Positions 1 through 8,303 of a stretch of DNA of 28,987 nucleotides are shown here, piece by piece. The position numbers were made by a program, and so were the translations under genes. Below the pieces are notes generated by a model, which saw only the letters and a list, made by a program, of their open reading frames with translations, was not told where the DNA came from and ran no database searches. How positions within the stretch are numbered: the stretch's first letter is position 1; each line of letters opens with the position of its first letter. The DNA is from an uncultured Candidatus Saccharibacteria bacterium (lineage in GTDB: Bacteria > Patescibacteriota > Minisyncoccia > UBA6257 > 2-01-FULL-56-20), in NCBI GenBank assembly GCA_964501675.1, contig CAZCTJ010000002.1, positions 1 to 28,987 of the forward strand, given 5' to 3'.

Positions 1-1011
1 GCTATAAACGGTTTCGGCAGGATAGGCCGCCTTCTTCTGCGCCAGGCGCTCTCGCATCCGGAATTGGAGGTTGTGGCGGTGAACGACTTGGGCGACATCG
101 AGAACCTCGCCTACCTGTTCAAATACGACACGGTCTACGGCCGTTTCCCCGGGGAGGTCTCCGTGGACAAAGCGGCGGGCACCTTGACCGTGGACGGCAA
201 GGTCATCCGGGTCCTGCAGGTGAAGGAACCCAAGGAACTGCCCTGGGGAGAGATGGGGGTGGACCTCGCGGTCGAGGCGACCGGATTTTTCGAGTCCTTC
301 GGCGAGGCGAAGGCGCATCTTCAGGCGGGAGCGAAGCGAGTGATACTTACCGCCCCCGCCAAAGACGAGGACGGCGAAGGCCGCACGGTGCTCATGGGCG
401 TGAACCAAGAGGTCCTCGCGGACACCGTATTGTCTTCGAACGCTTCGTGCACCACCAACTCCGCTTCGCCCGTCATCCAGGTCCTCTCCGAAAATCCCGG
501 GATACTCAAAGCGGTCCTGGGTACGGTGCACGCGTTCACGACCACCCAGAATCTTGCGGACGGCCCGATCCGGGGCGGCCATGACTTCCGCCGCGGCCGC
601 GCGGCCGGACATAATATCGCGCCTTCCACCACCGGCGCGGCCATTGCGGTCACCCGGGCCATCCCTTCGCTCGAAGGCAAGTTCGACGGCCTGGCCTACC
701 GCGTGCCGGTCATCGCCGGGTCCATGTCGGACATCACCCTGGTCACAAGCCGCAAGGTGACCGTGGAAGAGATCAATTCCATTCTCTCCGAGGCGGCCAT
801 GAGTCCCCGCTGGAAAGGGATACTCGCGGTCACCCGGGACCCGATCGTTTCCTCCGACATCGTCGGCCAGCCCTACGGCGCGATCGTGGACCTGTCCCTG
901 ACCAAAGTGGTGGACGGGGACCTGGTCAAGGTCATCTCCTGGTATGACAACGAGTGGGGGTACATTGCGACGCTCGTCGCGCATATTCTCGCGGCACTCG
1001 GCATAAAATGA
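1..1011 (+). CDS. gap: Type I glyceraldehyde-3-phosphate dehydrogenase, 5'-truncated by the window edge
   Basis: Frame +1 is open from base 1 and reads AINGFGRIGR (NAD-binding motif), so the gene starts upstream of the listed ORF. Catalytic NASCTTN and C-terminal SWYDNEWGY are present. Confidence 0.97.
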   Translation, partial: AINGFGRIGRLLLRQALSHPELEVVAVNDLGDIENLAYLFKYDTVYGRFPGEVSVDKAAGTLTVDGKVIRVLQVKEPKELPWGEMGVDLAVEATGFFESFGEAKAHLQAGAKRVILTAPAKDEDGEGRTVLMGVNQEVLADTVLSSNASCTTNSASPVIQVLSENPGILKAVLGTVHAFTTTQNLADGPIRGGHDFRRGRAAGHNIAPSTTGAAIAVTRAIPSLEGKFDGLAYRVPVIAGSMSDITLVTSRKVTVEEINSILSEAAMSPRWKGILAVTRDPIVSSDIVGQPYGAIVDLSLTKVVDGDLVKVISWYDNEWGYIATLVAHILAALGIK

Positions 1012-1400
1012 CCAAGAAACTGCTCGTCCTGTTCCTCGTCCTGCTCATCCTGCCCCCGGGAGCGAGCGCGCAGGAGGGGATAGGCGGAGCGGTGTCGCGG
1101 TTGGACGCCTGGCTCACTTCGCTTCTGGAATTCCGGTTCGGGGACGCGCTTGACCGGGGCTATGAGGAATTGACGGAAGAGGGCGGCATAACCGCGGAAA
1201 AAGCGATCCGGTCCGCTTCCGAACTGGCGGACGAGAACCTGCCTGCGGGGCAATTCCGGCCGGATATCGGAAGCATCGGCGACCTTTTGAGATCGGCCGG
1301 GAACGCCGTTCTCCGGCCGTTCCGGCAGATACCGGACGCCTTCGGCATAATGTTCAAAGCGATGCGCGGCGCTTTTCGCCTCCCGGAAAAGGCGGATTGA
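1008..1400 (+). CDS. Hypothetical exported/membrane-anchored protein, about 130 aa
   Basis: ATG at 1008 overlaps the gap stop (ATGA). N-terminus MTKKLLVLFLVLLILPPGASA looks like a signal peptide. No family recognised. Confidence 0.7.
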   Translation: MTKKLLVLFLVLLILPPGASAQEGIGGAVSRLDAWLTSLLEFRFGDALDRGYEELTEEGGITAEKAIRSASELADENLPAGQFRPDIGSIGDLLRSAGNAVLRPFRQIPDAFGIMFKAMRGAFRLPEKAD

Positions 1401-1402
1401 GC

Positions 1403-1408
1403 TATAAT
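1403..1408 (+). promoter_or_regulatory. -10 box (TATAAT) of a probable leaderless rpiB transcript
   Basis: Perfect TATAAT 7 nt upstream of the ATG at 1416; no SD sequence. Confidence 0.6.
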
Positions 1409-1415
1409 TAAGCAT

Positions 1416-1868
1416 ATGGTCATCTATTTCGGCGCGGACCACCGCGGTTTCGATCTGAAGGGAAAATTGGCCAAGAACCTGCAGGACCAGGGCTACGAGG
1501 TCGTGGACCTGGGGGACAAGGAGCGGAACGAGGATGATGATTACGTGGATTTCGCCGCAGCGGTGGGAGCGAAGGTAAGCGCGGACCCGGACAACGGCAG
1601 GGGCGTGGTCATCTGCGGTTCCGGCGCGGGCGCGGCGATAACCGCCAACAAATTCCGGCGGGTCCGCGCGGCCATCGGAATTTCCAACGACCAGGTCTAT
1701 GACGCCCGGCAGCACGACGACCTGAACGTGCTCGCGCTTGCGGCGGATTTCGTTTCGGAAGAGGCCGCCCGGGAGATGGTCCGCGTTTTCTTGACCGCGC
1801 CCTGGAACGGAGGGGAGCGCTACCGCAGACGGCTGGAAAAGATAGGGGAGCTGGAAATCGGAAATTAG
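1416..1868 (+). CDS. rpiB: Ribose-5-phosphate isomerase B (RpiB/LacA/LacB family)
   Basis: GADHRG, DDYVD and ICGSGAG...ANK motifs; 150 aa; pentose-phosphate context. Confidence 0.93.
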   Translation: MVIYFGADHRGFDLKGKLAKNLQDQGYEVVDLGDKERNEDDDYVDFAAAVGAKVSADPDNGRGVVICGSGAGAAITANKFRRVRAAIGISNDQVYDARQHDDLNVLALAADFVSEEAAREMVRVFLTAPWNGGERYRRRLEKIGELEIGN

Positions 1869-1926
1869 AGATCGGATATTCGATATTGGAGATTGGTCTA
1901 CCACCTACTACATACCACCTACTGAT
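1852..1926. repeat. Two adjacent degenerate 7-nt tandem arrays
   Basis: tggaaat-cggaaat-tagagat-cggatat-tcgatat-tggagat (1852-1893), then taccacc-tactaca-taccacc-tactgat (1899-1926). Confidence 0.75.
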
Positions 1927-1928
1927 CT

Positions 1929-2603
1929 ATGGAAGTCATACCGGTAATAAATCAACCCGACCTGGAGAGGGTCACCCGCACCCTCGCGGCTTTGGAGCGT
2001 TTTCTTCCCGCGGGGCAGCGGGTGCATTTGGACGTGGCGGACGCCAGATTCACGTTCCATAGAAGCTGGAGCGATGCGGATCTGTGGCCCAAGCTCCGCT
2101 CGCCCTACGCGCTGGAGGTCCATCTGATGGCCGAGGAGCCGGAGAAGCTCGCGGCGGAATGGCTCAAAGCCGGCGCGAAGCGCATCATCGTGCATTACGA
2201 AACGCTCCGGGATCCCAAAATGCATCATCATTCTTTTCGTCCGGAGAAGGTGTTCGGGGAGATACTTTCCGCCGCGCGGGCGTCCGGCGCGGAATTGATG
2301 CTTGCCGTAAACCCCGAAACGCCGGTGGAAGCGATCCGCCCGCTGCTCGCGGACGTGTCGGGATTCCTGGTCCTTGCCGTCCATCCCGGACTAGCCGGCC
2401 AGAGCTTCCTGCCGATAGTGTTCGACAAGATACGTCTTTTGCGGCGCGAGAGGCCGGATGCTAAAATTACAGTGGACGGCGGAGTGAACGCGGAACTGGC
2501 AAGAAAGGTCAGAGAGGCCGGAGCCGACGCGGTGACTTCGGCCAGTTATATTCTGGAGAACGACGACCCGGCTTCCGCTTACCAGGAACTTTCCCAGGCA
2601 TGA
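1929..2603 (+). CDS. rpe: Ribulose-phosphate 3-epimerase
   Basis: HLDVAD, EVHLM, V-x-PG-x-x-GQ-x-F and VDGGVN motifs. Confidence 0.9.
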   Translation: MEVIPVINQPDLERVTRTLAALERFLPAGQRVHLDVADARFTFHRSWSDADLWPKLRSPYALEVHLMAEEPEKLAAEWLKAGAKRIIVHYETLRDPKMHHHSFRPEKVFGEILSAARASGAELMLAVNPETPVEAIRPLLADVSGFLVLAVHPGLAGQSFLPIVFDKIRLLRRERPDAKITVDGGVNAELARKVREAGADAVTSASYILENDDPASAYQELSQA

Positions 2604-3487
2604 AAACCATCCGGAAATTGCTGAACGTTCAGGACCTGCACGAGAAGAAGATCCGCTTCTTGGAGGAAACGGCCAATTTCATCCGGCAGGACGTGGTGAA
2701 GATGCTTACCCGGGCCGGATCGGGACATTCCGCCGGGCCCCTGGGCCTCGCGGACGTCTTCACCGCTTTTTATTTTCATATCTTGAATCACGATCCCAAG
2801 CGTCCCAACTGGGCGGAGCGCGACCGGCTGGTGCTTTCGAACGGACACGTTTGCCCGGTGCTCTATGCGGCGCTCGCGCGCGCGGGCTATTTCCCGCACG
2901 AGGAGCTCGCGACCTTAAGGAAGCTCCATTCCCGCCTGCAGGGCCATCCTCATCGGGGCTCCCTGCCCGGGGTGGAGACGACCTCCGGGCCTCTGGGTTC
3001 CGGATTGTCCCAGGCGATCGGCATGGCGCTCGCGGCGCGTTTGGACGGCAAGCGGCAGCGCATCTATTGCCTGATGTCGGATGCGGAGCAGCAGGAAGGG
3101 AACGTCTGGGAAGCGGCGATGTTCGCGGGCAAGAACAAACTTTCCAACCTGACCGCGCTCATCGACCGCAACAACATCCAGATAGACGGCTTCACCGAGG
3201 ACGTGATGCCCCTGGAGCCGCTCCGGGAGAAATATGAGGCGTTCAATTGGCACGTCCTGGAGATCGACGGGCACAGCTTCGAGGCCATCATCTCCGCCGC
3301 CGCGGAAGCGCGCGCGATCTTTGAAAAACCGACCTTGATCATCGCGCATACCGTGCCGGGCAGGGGCGTGAGCTTCATGGAGCAGAACTATTCCTGGCAC
3401 GGGCGCCCGCCCAGCAAGCGGGAATCCAAGCAGGCCCTACACGAGCTCCGGACCCTGGGAAACAAGATAAGGTCTGAACACCAATAA
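2600..3487 (+). CDS. tkt: Transketolase, N-terminal (ThDP-binding) subunit of a split enzyme
   Basis: AGSGH, DRLVLSNGH, LQGHP and TSGPLGSG motifs; ThDP motif is SDAE...DRNN; ATGA overlap with rpe. Confidence 0.93.
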   Translation: MKTIRKLLNVQDLHEKKIRFLEETANFIRQDVVKMLTRAGSGHSAGPLGLADVFTAFYFHILNHDPKRPNWAERDRLVLSNGHVCPVLYAALARAGYFPHEELATLRKLHSRLQGHPHRGSLPGVETTSGPLGSGLSQAIGMALAARLDGKRQRIYCLMSDAEQQEGNVWEAAMFAGKNKLSNLTALIDRNNIQIDGFTEDVMPLEPLREKYEAFNWHVLEIDGHSFEAIISAAAEARAIFEKPTLIIAHTVPGRGVSFMEQNYSWHGRPPSKRESKQALHELRTLGNKIRSEHQ

Positions 3488-3509
3488 TAAAACGTAATAT
3501 TAAAAAAGA

Positions 3510-3548
3510 GCGGACGGGCGGGTTTCGTCGATCCGCCAAGCCGTCCGC
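3510..3548 (+). terminator. GC-rich compound hairpin in an AT-rich spacer; possible terminator or processing stem
   Basis: GCGGACGG/CCGTCCGC outer stem and GGCGGG/TCCGCC inner stem, flanked by A-runs. Confidence 0.4.
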
Positions 3549-3578
3549 ACGGCGGGGGTAAAAATTAAAAAAAACAAA

Positions 3579-4529
3579 ATGTCGAGCAACGAAACAATGC
3601 CGAGCAAGGGGACTCCCCGGGACGTCTTCTTCTACCTGCTTCTCGCAGGCACCTTGTATTTCAGCGTCTTCAATCTCATTCTGCTGCTCTTTCAGTTCGT
3701 GAACGTGCTTTTCCCGGACCCGGTCGACCGCTACAGCGACTATGGCAGCGTCATTCGCTGGACGATGGCGGCCATCATCATCGTTTTTCCGGTCCATGTC
3801 TGGATAGCCAGAATGCTCCGCAGGGAGATCGCCGCAGAACCGGCGCGAGGCGATATCCGGATCCGGCGCTGGATGCTGTATCTCACCCTGTTCCTTGCGG
3901 CAGTGGTCATCATTGGGGACATGGTCGCCCTGGTTTACCAGTTCCTGGAAGGGGAGGCAGCCCTGAATTTTTACCTTAAGGTCTTGGCCGTGCTCGTCGT
4001 AGCCGGCGCGACCTTCTGGTATTACCGGAACAGCCTGCGCTGGGAGCCCGCAAGATTCTCCGCCTGGGGCGCTCGCTTCGGAATTGGGGCATCGGTATTG
4101 GTCGCAGCGATAGTCGTTGCAGGATTCTTTGTGGGCGGCAATCCTTTCCGCCAGCGGCTGATCCGCTTCGACGACCAGAAGCTTTCCGACCTCCAGATGA
4201 TCCAAGAACAGATCCGGATGTATTGGAACCAGGAAGGGAAGCTTCCGACGTCCCTGGCCGAGATGCAGGGCGGACTTTCCGGCTACGTGCCTCCGGTCGA
4301 TCCGGAAACGGGCGCAGCGTACGGATATCGCCCGACGGGCGGCATGAACTTCGAGCTGTGCGCGGACTTCAATCTGTCCTCGGAGGAGATAGCCAAGTAC
4401 CGCCAGGGATACCGCTACACGGATGATCCGCGCTGGAACCATCCCGCCGGGGAATACTGTTTCGACCGGGAACTGGATCCCGAACGGGACGCTTACCCCG
4501 ATAAATTCAGGCCGGTGCCGTTACCTTGA
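3579..4529 (+). CDS. DUF5671-like membrane protein: about four N-terminal TM segments, a further TM, and an extracytoplasmic C-terminal domain
   Basis: PRDVFFYL...FP..., RRWMLYLTLF...GD...FLEGE pattern recalled for DUF5671. C-terminal DPETG..Y.Y....FELCADF. A-rich translation initiation region. Confidence 0.7.
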   Translation: MSSNETMPSKGTPRDVFFYLLLAGTLYFSVFNLILLLFQFVNVLFPDPVDRYSDYGSVIRWTMAAIIIVFPVHVWIARMLRREIAAEPARGDIRIRRWMLYLTLFLAAVVIIGDMVALVYQFLEGEAALNFYLKVLAVLVVAGATFWYYRNSLRWEPARFSAWGARFGIGASVLVAAIVVAGFFVGGNPFRQRLIRFDDQKLSDLQMIQEQIRMYWNQEGKLPTSLAEMQGGLSGYVPPVDPETGAAYGYRPTGGMNFELCADFNLSSEEIAKYRQGYRYTDDPRWNHPAGEYCFDRELDPERDAYPDKFRPVPLP

Positions 4530-5534
4530 ATGCCCTTGGATCCGAAGGCCAAATTGAATGCGGCGGTCTTTGAGGGGGATGTCGCGCAGCGGCCCATCCG
4601 GGACGGCTACGGGGAAGGTCTCGCGCGCGCCGGAGAGACGAACCGAAACGTGGTCGCGCTTTCCGCCGACCTCGCGGAATCCACCCGCAACGAAGATTTC
4701 GCCCGCCTCTTTCCGGACCGGTTCTTCGAGATCGGAGTGGCGGAGCAGAACATGGCGGCCATCGCGGCCGGCCTGGGAGTGTCCGGGAAGATCCCGTTCA
4801 TATCTTCCTATGCGGTCTTTTCCCCGGGGCGGAACTGGGAGCAGATCCGGACCACGATCGCCTATAACGACTCGAACGTGAAGATAGCCGGCCATCATGC
4901 CGGGGTATCGGTGGGTCCGGACGGGGCGACCCATCAAGCGCTCGAGGACATCGCGGCCATGCGCGCCATGCCCAATATGAAAGTTATCGTGCCCTGCGAC
5001 GCGATCGAGGCGCGCAAGGCGACCGAAGCGGCCGCCCGCATCTGGGGGCCGGTCTATCTGCGCTTCGCCCGGGAGAAGAGCCCGGTTCTGACCACGGAAT
5101 CCACGCCTTTCCGTCCCGGGAAGGCCGAGGTCTTTTGGCAGCCCTCCGGCGCGCTCAAGGCGCAGGCGGCGATCGTCGCCTGCGGACCCCTGCTGCACCA
5201 GGCGCTCCTCGCGGCGCGCGAGCTCGAGAAGAACAAGATCGGAGTGTTGGTCCTCAATAGCCACACCGTGAAACCCCTGGATGAGGAAGCGATAATCGGC
5301 GCCGCCCGGCGGACCGGCGCGGTGGTCACCGTGGAGGAGCATCAGATCGCGGGCGGATTGGGCGGGGCGGTGGCGGAGCTTCTGGCGCGGCGGTGTCCCG
5401 CCCCGGTGGAATTCGTGGGCATAGGGGATTCTTTCGGCGAATCCGGAACTCCCGAGGAGCTGTGGCGGAAGTTCGGGCTCACGGCAAAGGACATCCGGGC
5501 GGCGGTAAAACGGGCCTTGCGCAGGAAAGCGTGA
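4530..5534 (+). CDS. tkt: Transketolase, C-terminal (pyrimidine-binding plus C-terminal domain) subunit
   Basis: LSADLAEST, GVAEQNM, GPDGATHQ and VEEHQIAGGLG motifs. Confidence 0.94.
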   Translation: MPLDPKAKLNAAVFEGDVAQRPIRDGYGEGLARAGETNRNVVALSADLAESTRNEDFARLFPDRFFEIGVAEQNMAAIAAGLGVSGKIPFISSYAVFSPGRNWEQIRTTIAYNDSNVKIAGHHAGVSVGPDGATHQALEDIAAMRAMPNMKVIVPCDAIEARKATEAAARIWGPVYLRFAREKSPVLTTESTPFRPGKAEVFWQPSGALKAQAAIVACGPLLHQALLAARELEKNKIGVLVLNSHTVKPLDEEAIIGAARRTGAVVTVEEHQIAGGLGGAVAELLARRCPAPVEFVGIGDSFGESGTPEELWRKFGLTAKDIRAAVKRALRRKA

Positions 5535-7174
5535 ACCGTTCCGCCTGGACGCTCACGGTCATTCTCCTCGCGTTCGGGGCCATCCTGCTTTACGCGGCGA
5601 ATCCGTTCTCGGAATCGGACTCCTTTTATCATCTCAAAACGGGAGAGCTCATTTGGGAAACTCGGAGCATCCCCCAGTCGGATCCTTTTTCGTACACCGC
5701 GGAAGGCCGGCCTTGGGTTCCGCACGAATGGCTGGCCCAACTCTTATTCTACGGCATATCCGTTCTCGGAGGACTTCAGGCAGTGGTATGGTTCGCGGCG
5801 CTTCTGGGCGCTTTGACCTATTTCATTCTCTTCCGGATGCTCATCCGCCGCGGGGCGGATCCCGTCCTTAGCCTCCTGCTCCTGTTTCTCGCCGGATTCT
5901 TGACGCTGGAATTGTGGGTCGGGCGCCCGCAGGTGTTCGCGTATCTTTGCCTTGCCCTGCTCCTTTTCTCGCTCGAGAGGTACCGCTTCGGAGGCGGGGC
6001 CATTTATCTGTGGCTTGCGGCGGGGACGATGTGGCTGTGGGCCAACGTGAACGCGAGCTTCCTCTTGGGCCTCGCGGTACTGGGTCTGTATCTCGCGGCG
6101 TCGCTCGCGAAGCGCTATTTTCCGCGCTTGGGCGTTCCGGGGACTTTGCCCGTGCGGAACATGCTTTTGGTCCTCTTGGCGTCGCTCACGCTCTCTTTTC
6201 TTACCCCCGCCGGCTACCAGGCGTTCCTTTATCCGTTCTACATCCGGCCCGCGGTCGCGGCGCTCAAGGTCTACGAATGGCGTTCCATCCTGGAATATGC
6301 GGCGGAGAGCGAAGCCAAGGTGTTCCTCGCGGAAGTGTCTCTCGCCGCCGTGTTCCTCGTCTGGTGGCTGGGGCTCCGGAAGCAGAGCCGGGACCCGATC
6401 CTCCTGCTCCTCATCGCCGGAGCTTCCGTACTGCCGTTCATTTCCGCCCGGCACGCCGGTTTCTGGCCGATTCTTGCCGGATATCCGCTCGCCCTGGGCA
6501 TCTCCGAGATCCTGAAGCCGGTTTATGCGAACGCCTCTTCGAAGAAGCTCTGGGGAGGCGTCGCGTTCGTATTCCTGGTCTTCATCGGAGCGCGTTCGAT
6601 CGGTTTTCCGGAAATGCCCGTGGATCGCCGGGCGGTCCCGGTCGCGGCGGCCGAATTCCTTGCGGAGAACCGGATCCGGGGGCCGCTCTTTAACTTCTAT
6701 AATGAAGGCGGATTCCTGATCTGGCGGTTCTATCCGGAAGAGAAGGTGTTCATCGACGGCCGCTCCGAAGTGTATCCGCCGGAGGTCATAAGCGAATATT
6801 TTGAGATCGCGACCGCAGGCAAGGATTGGGTGGAGCTCGTGGACCGCAAGTACGGCATCAATTATTTTCTAATTTCCTACCGCACCTTGTCCCCCTCGGT
6901 CATCCGCCTGGTCCAGGTCCTGATGCAAAGGAATTGGGTCCTTGCGTATTGGGACGATGCGGCGGTCATTTTCCTGCGCAATATTCCCGCGCATGAGGAG
7001 GCGATCGGGAAATACGGCCTGCGGCACGTGAGCCCGTTCCGTGAGCCGGGGGATATTACGCCGGAGGAGAACATGGCCGCCGCGGCGGAGCTCAAGGTCC
7101 TGCTCGAACGGTCTCCGGAATCGGATGCCGTCCGGGATTATCTGCGGGCGTTCCTGGGCACCCGTTCGCAGTAG
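5531..7174 (+). CDS. Multi-pass membrane protein, about 547 aa, putative GT-C-type glycosyltransferase-like
   Basis: GTG at 5531 overlaps the tkt-C stop, so the listed start at 5393 is likely over-extended. Many TM segments; D-x-FYHLKTGE, DPFSYT...W..HEWL, GRPQ and IDGRSEVY motifs; soluble C-terminal domain. The GT-C assignment is inference. Confidence 0.65.
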   Translation: MNRSAWTLTVILLAFGAILLYAANPFSESDSFYHLKTGELIWETRSIPQSDPFSYTAEGRPWVPHEWLAQLLFYGISVLGGLQAVVWFAALLGALTYFILFRMLIRRGADPVLSLLLLFLAGFLTLELWVGRPQVFAYLCLALLLFSLERYRFGGGAIYLWLAAGTMWLWANVNASFLLGLAVLGLYLAASLAKRYFPRLGVPGTLPVRNMLLVLLASLTLSFLTPAGYQAFLYPFYIRPAVAALKVYEWRSILEYAAESEAKVFLAEVSLAAVFLVWWLGLRKQSRDPILLLLIAGASVLPFISARHAGFWPILAGYPLALGISEILKPVYANASSKKLWGGVAFVFLVFIGARSIGFPEMPVDRRAVPVAAAEFLAENRIRGPLFNFYNEGGFLIWRFYPEEKVFIDGRSEVYPPEVISEYFEIATAGKDWVELVDRKYGINYFLISYRTLSPSVIRLVQVLMQRNWVLAYWDDAAVIFLRNIPAHEEAIGKYGLRHVSPFREPGDITPEENMAAAAELKVLLERSPESDAVRDYLRAFLGTRSQ

Positions 7175-7268
7175 ATATTCGGCCGGCTTGGTTCCGCAGC
7201 GGAGCCCCGCCCGACCGGACGGGCAGGGAGGCGGGCCGTCCCCTCGGCAACCGCGATCGCGGTCATCG

Positions 7269-7277
7269 TGATATAAT
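7269..7277 (+). promoter_or_regulatory. Extended -10 (TGaTATAAT) of a probable leaderless kinase transcript
   Basis: TATAAT at 7272-7277, 6 nt before the ATG at 7284. Confidence 0.65.
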
Positions 7278-7283
7278 CTTCTC

Positions 7284-8303
7284 ATGGCCAACCAGTACGA
7301 TTTCGTGGCGGTCGGGGACATCATGATGGACGAATTCATCCGTCTCCAGGAAGCGTCCGTGCATTGCAATATAAATAAAGAGGACTGCGAGATATGCATG
7401 AAATTCGCGGATAAGATTCCCTTCGAGGGCGCATACAACATCCCGGCCGTGGGCAACGCCGCGAACGCGGCGGTGGCCGCGGCGAAACTGGGCGTGACGA
7501 GCGCTCTGATGACCAATCTCGGCGATGACCCGGATGGCAAGGATTCTCTCGCGGCGCTCACCAAGGCGGGCGTTTCCCTGGAGTTCGTCAAGGTGCATCC
7601 CGGCCGGAAGACCAACCATCATTACGTCCTGTGGTACCACGATGAGCGGACCATCTTGATCAAACATGAGAATTTCCCCTACGAACTGCCGGACCTGGAC
7701 GACCCCAAGTGGATATATCTCACCTCCATGGGCGAGACCAGTTTGGAATTTCACGCCACGATCGAACGCTATCTCGAGTCGCACCCCGGAGTGAAGCTCG
7801 CTTTCCAGCCCGGGACCTACCAGATCCGCTTCGGTACGCAGGCGCTCGCGGGCGTATATAAGCGGACGGAAGCGTTTTTCTGCAACAAAGAGGAATCCCA
7901 GCGCATCCTGGGAACGGACGAAGAGCATATCCATAAGCTCATTGCCGGGATACATGCGCTGGGTCCCAAGATCGTGGTCGTCACCGACGGCAAGGACGGC
8001 GCGTACGTATCGGACGGAGAGCGGACCTGGTTCACTCCGCCCTATCCGGATCCCAAGCCGCCCTACGAGCGGACCGGAGCGGGGGACGCATTTTCTTCGA
8101 CCTTCGTGAGCGCTTTGTGCCTGGGCCTCGACCTGCCTACCGCCCTCCGCTGGGCGCCGGTGAACTCCATGTCCGTGGTCCAGTCGGTCGGGGCCCAGAC
8201 CGGACTTTTGACCCGCGGAGAAATAGAAAAGTATCTCGCCCAAGCGCCCCCGGATTACCAGCAGAAATTGATGGAATCCCAAGATGTCCATGTCTCTGCG
8301 TGA
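7284..8303 (+). CDS. PfkB/ribokinase-family carbohydrate kinase
   Basis: VGNAANAAVAAAKLG, N..E, VVTDGKDGA and the anion-hole motif GAGDAF; adjacent to fba. Substrate cannot be determined from sequence alone. Confidence 0.92.
   Translation: MANQYDFVAVGDIMMDEFIRLQEASVHCNINKEDCEICMKFADKIPFEGAYNIPAVGNAANAAVAAAKLGVTSALMTNLGDDPDGKDSLAALTKAGVSLEFVKVHPGRKTNHHYVLWYHDERTILIKHENFPYELPDLDDPKWIYLTSMGETSLEFHATIERYLESHPGVKLAFQPGTYQIRFGTQALAGVYKRTEAFFCNKEESQRILGTDEEHIHKLIAGIHALGPKIVVVTDGKDGAYVSDGERTWFTPPYPDPKPPYERTGAGDAFSSTFVSALCLGLDLPTALRWAPVNSMSVVQSVGAQTGLLTRGEIEKYLAQAPPDYQQKLMESQDVHVSA

Noticed and set aside
2600-5534. Transketolase as a disrupted pseudogene
   Set aside because: Both halves have their own starts, stops and complete motif sets, matching the known two-subunit form.
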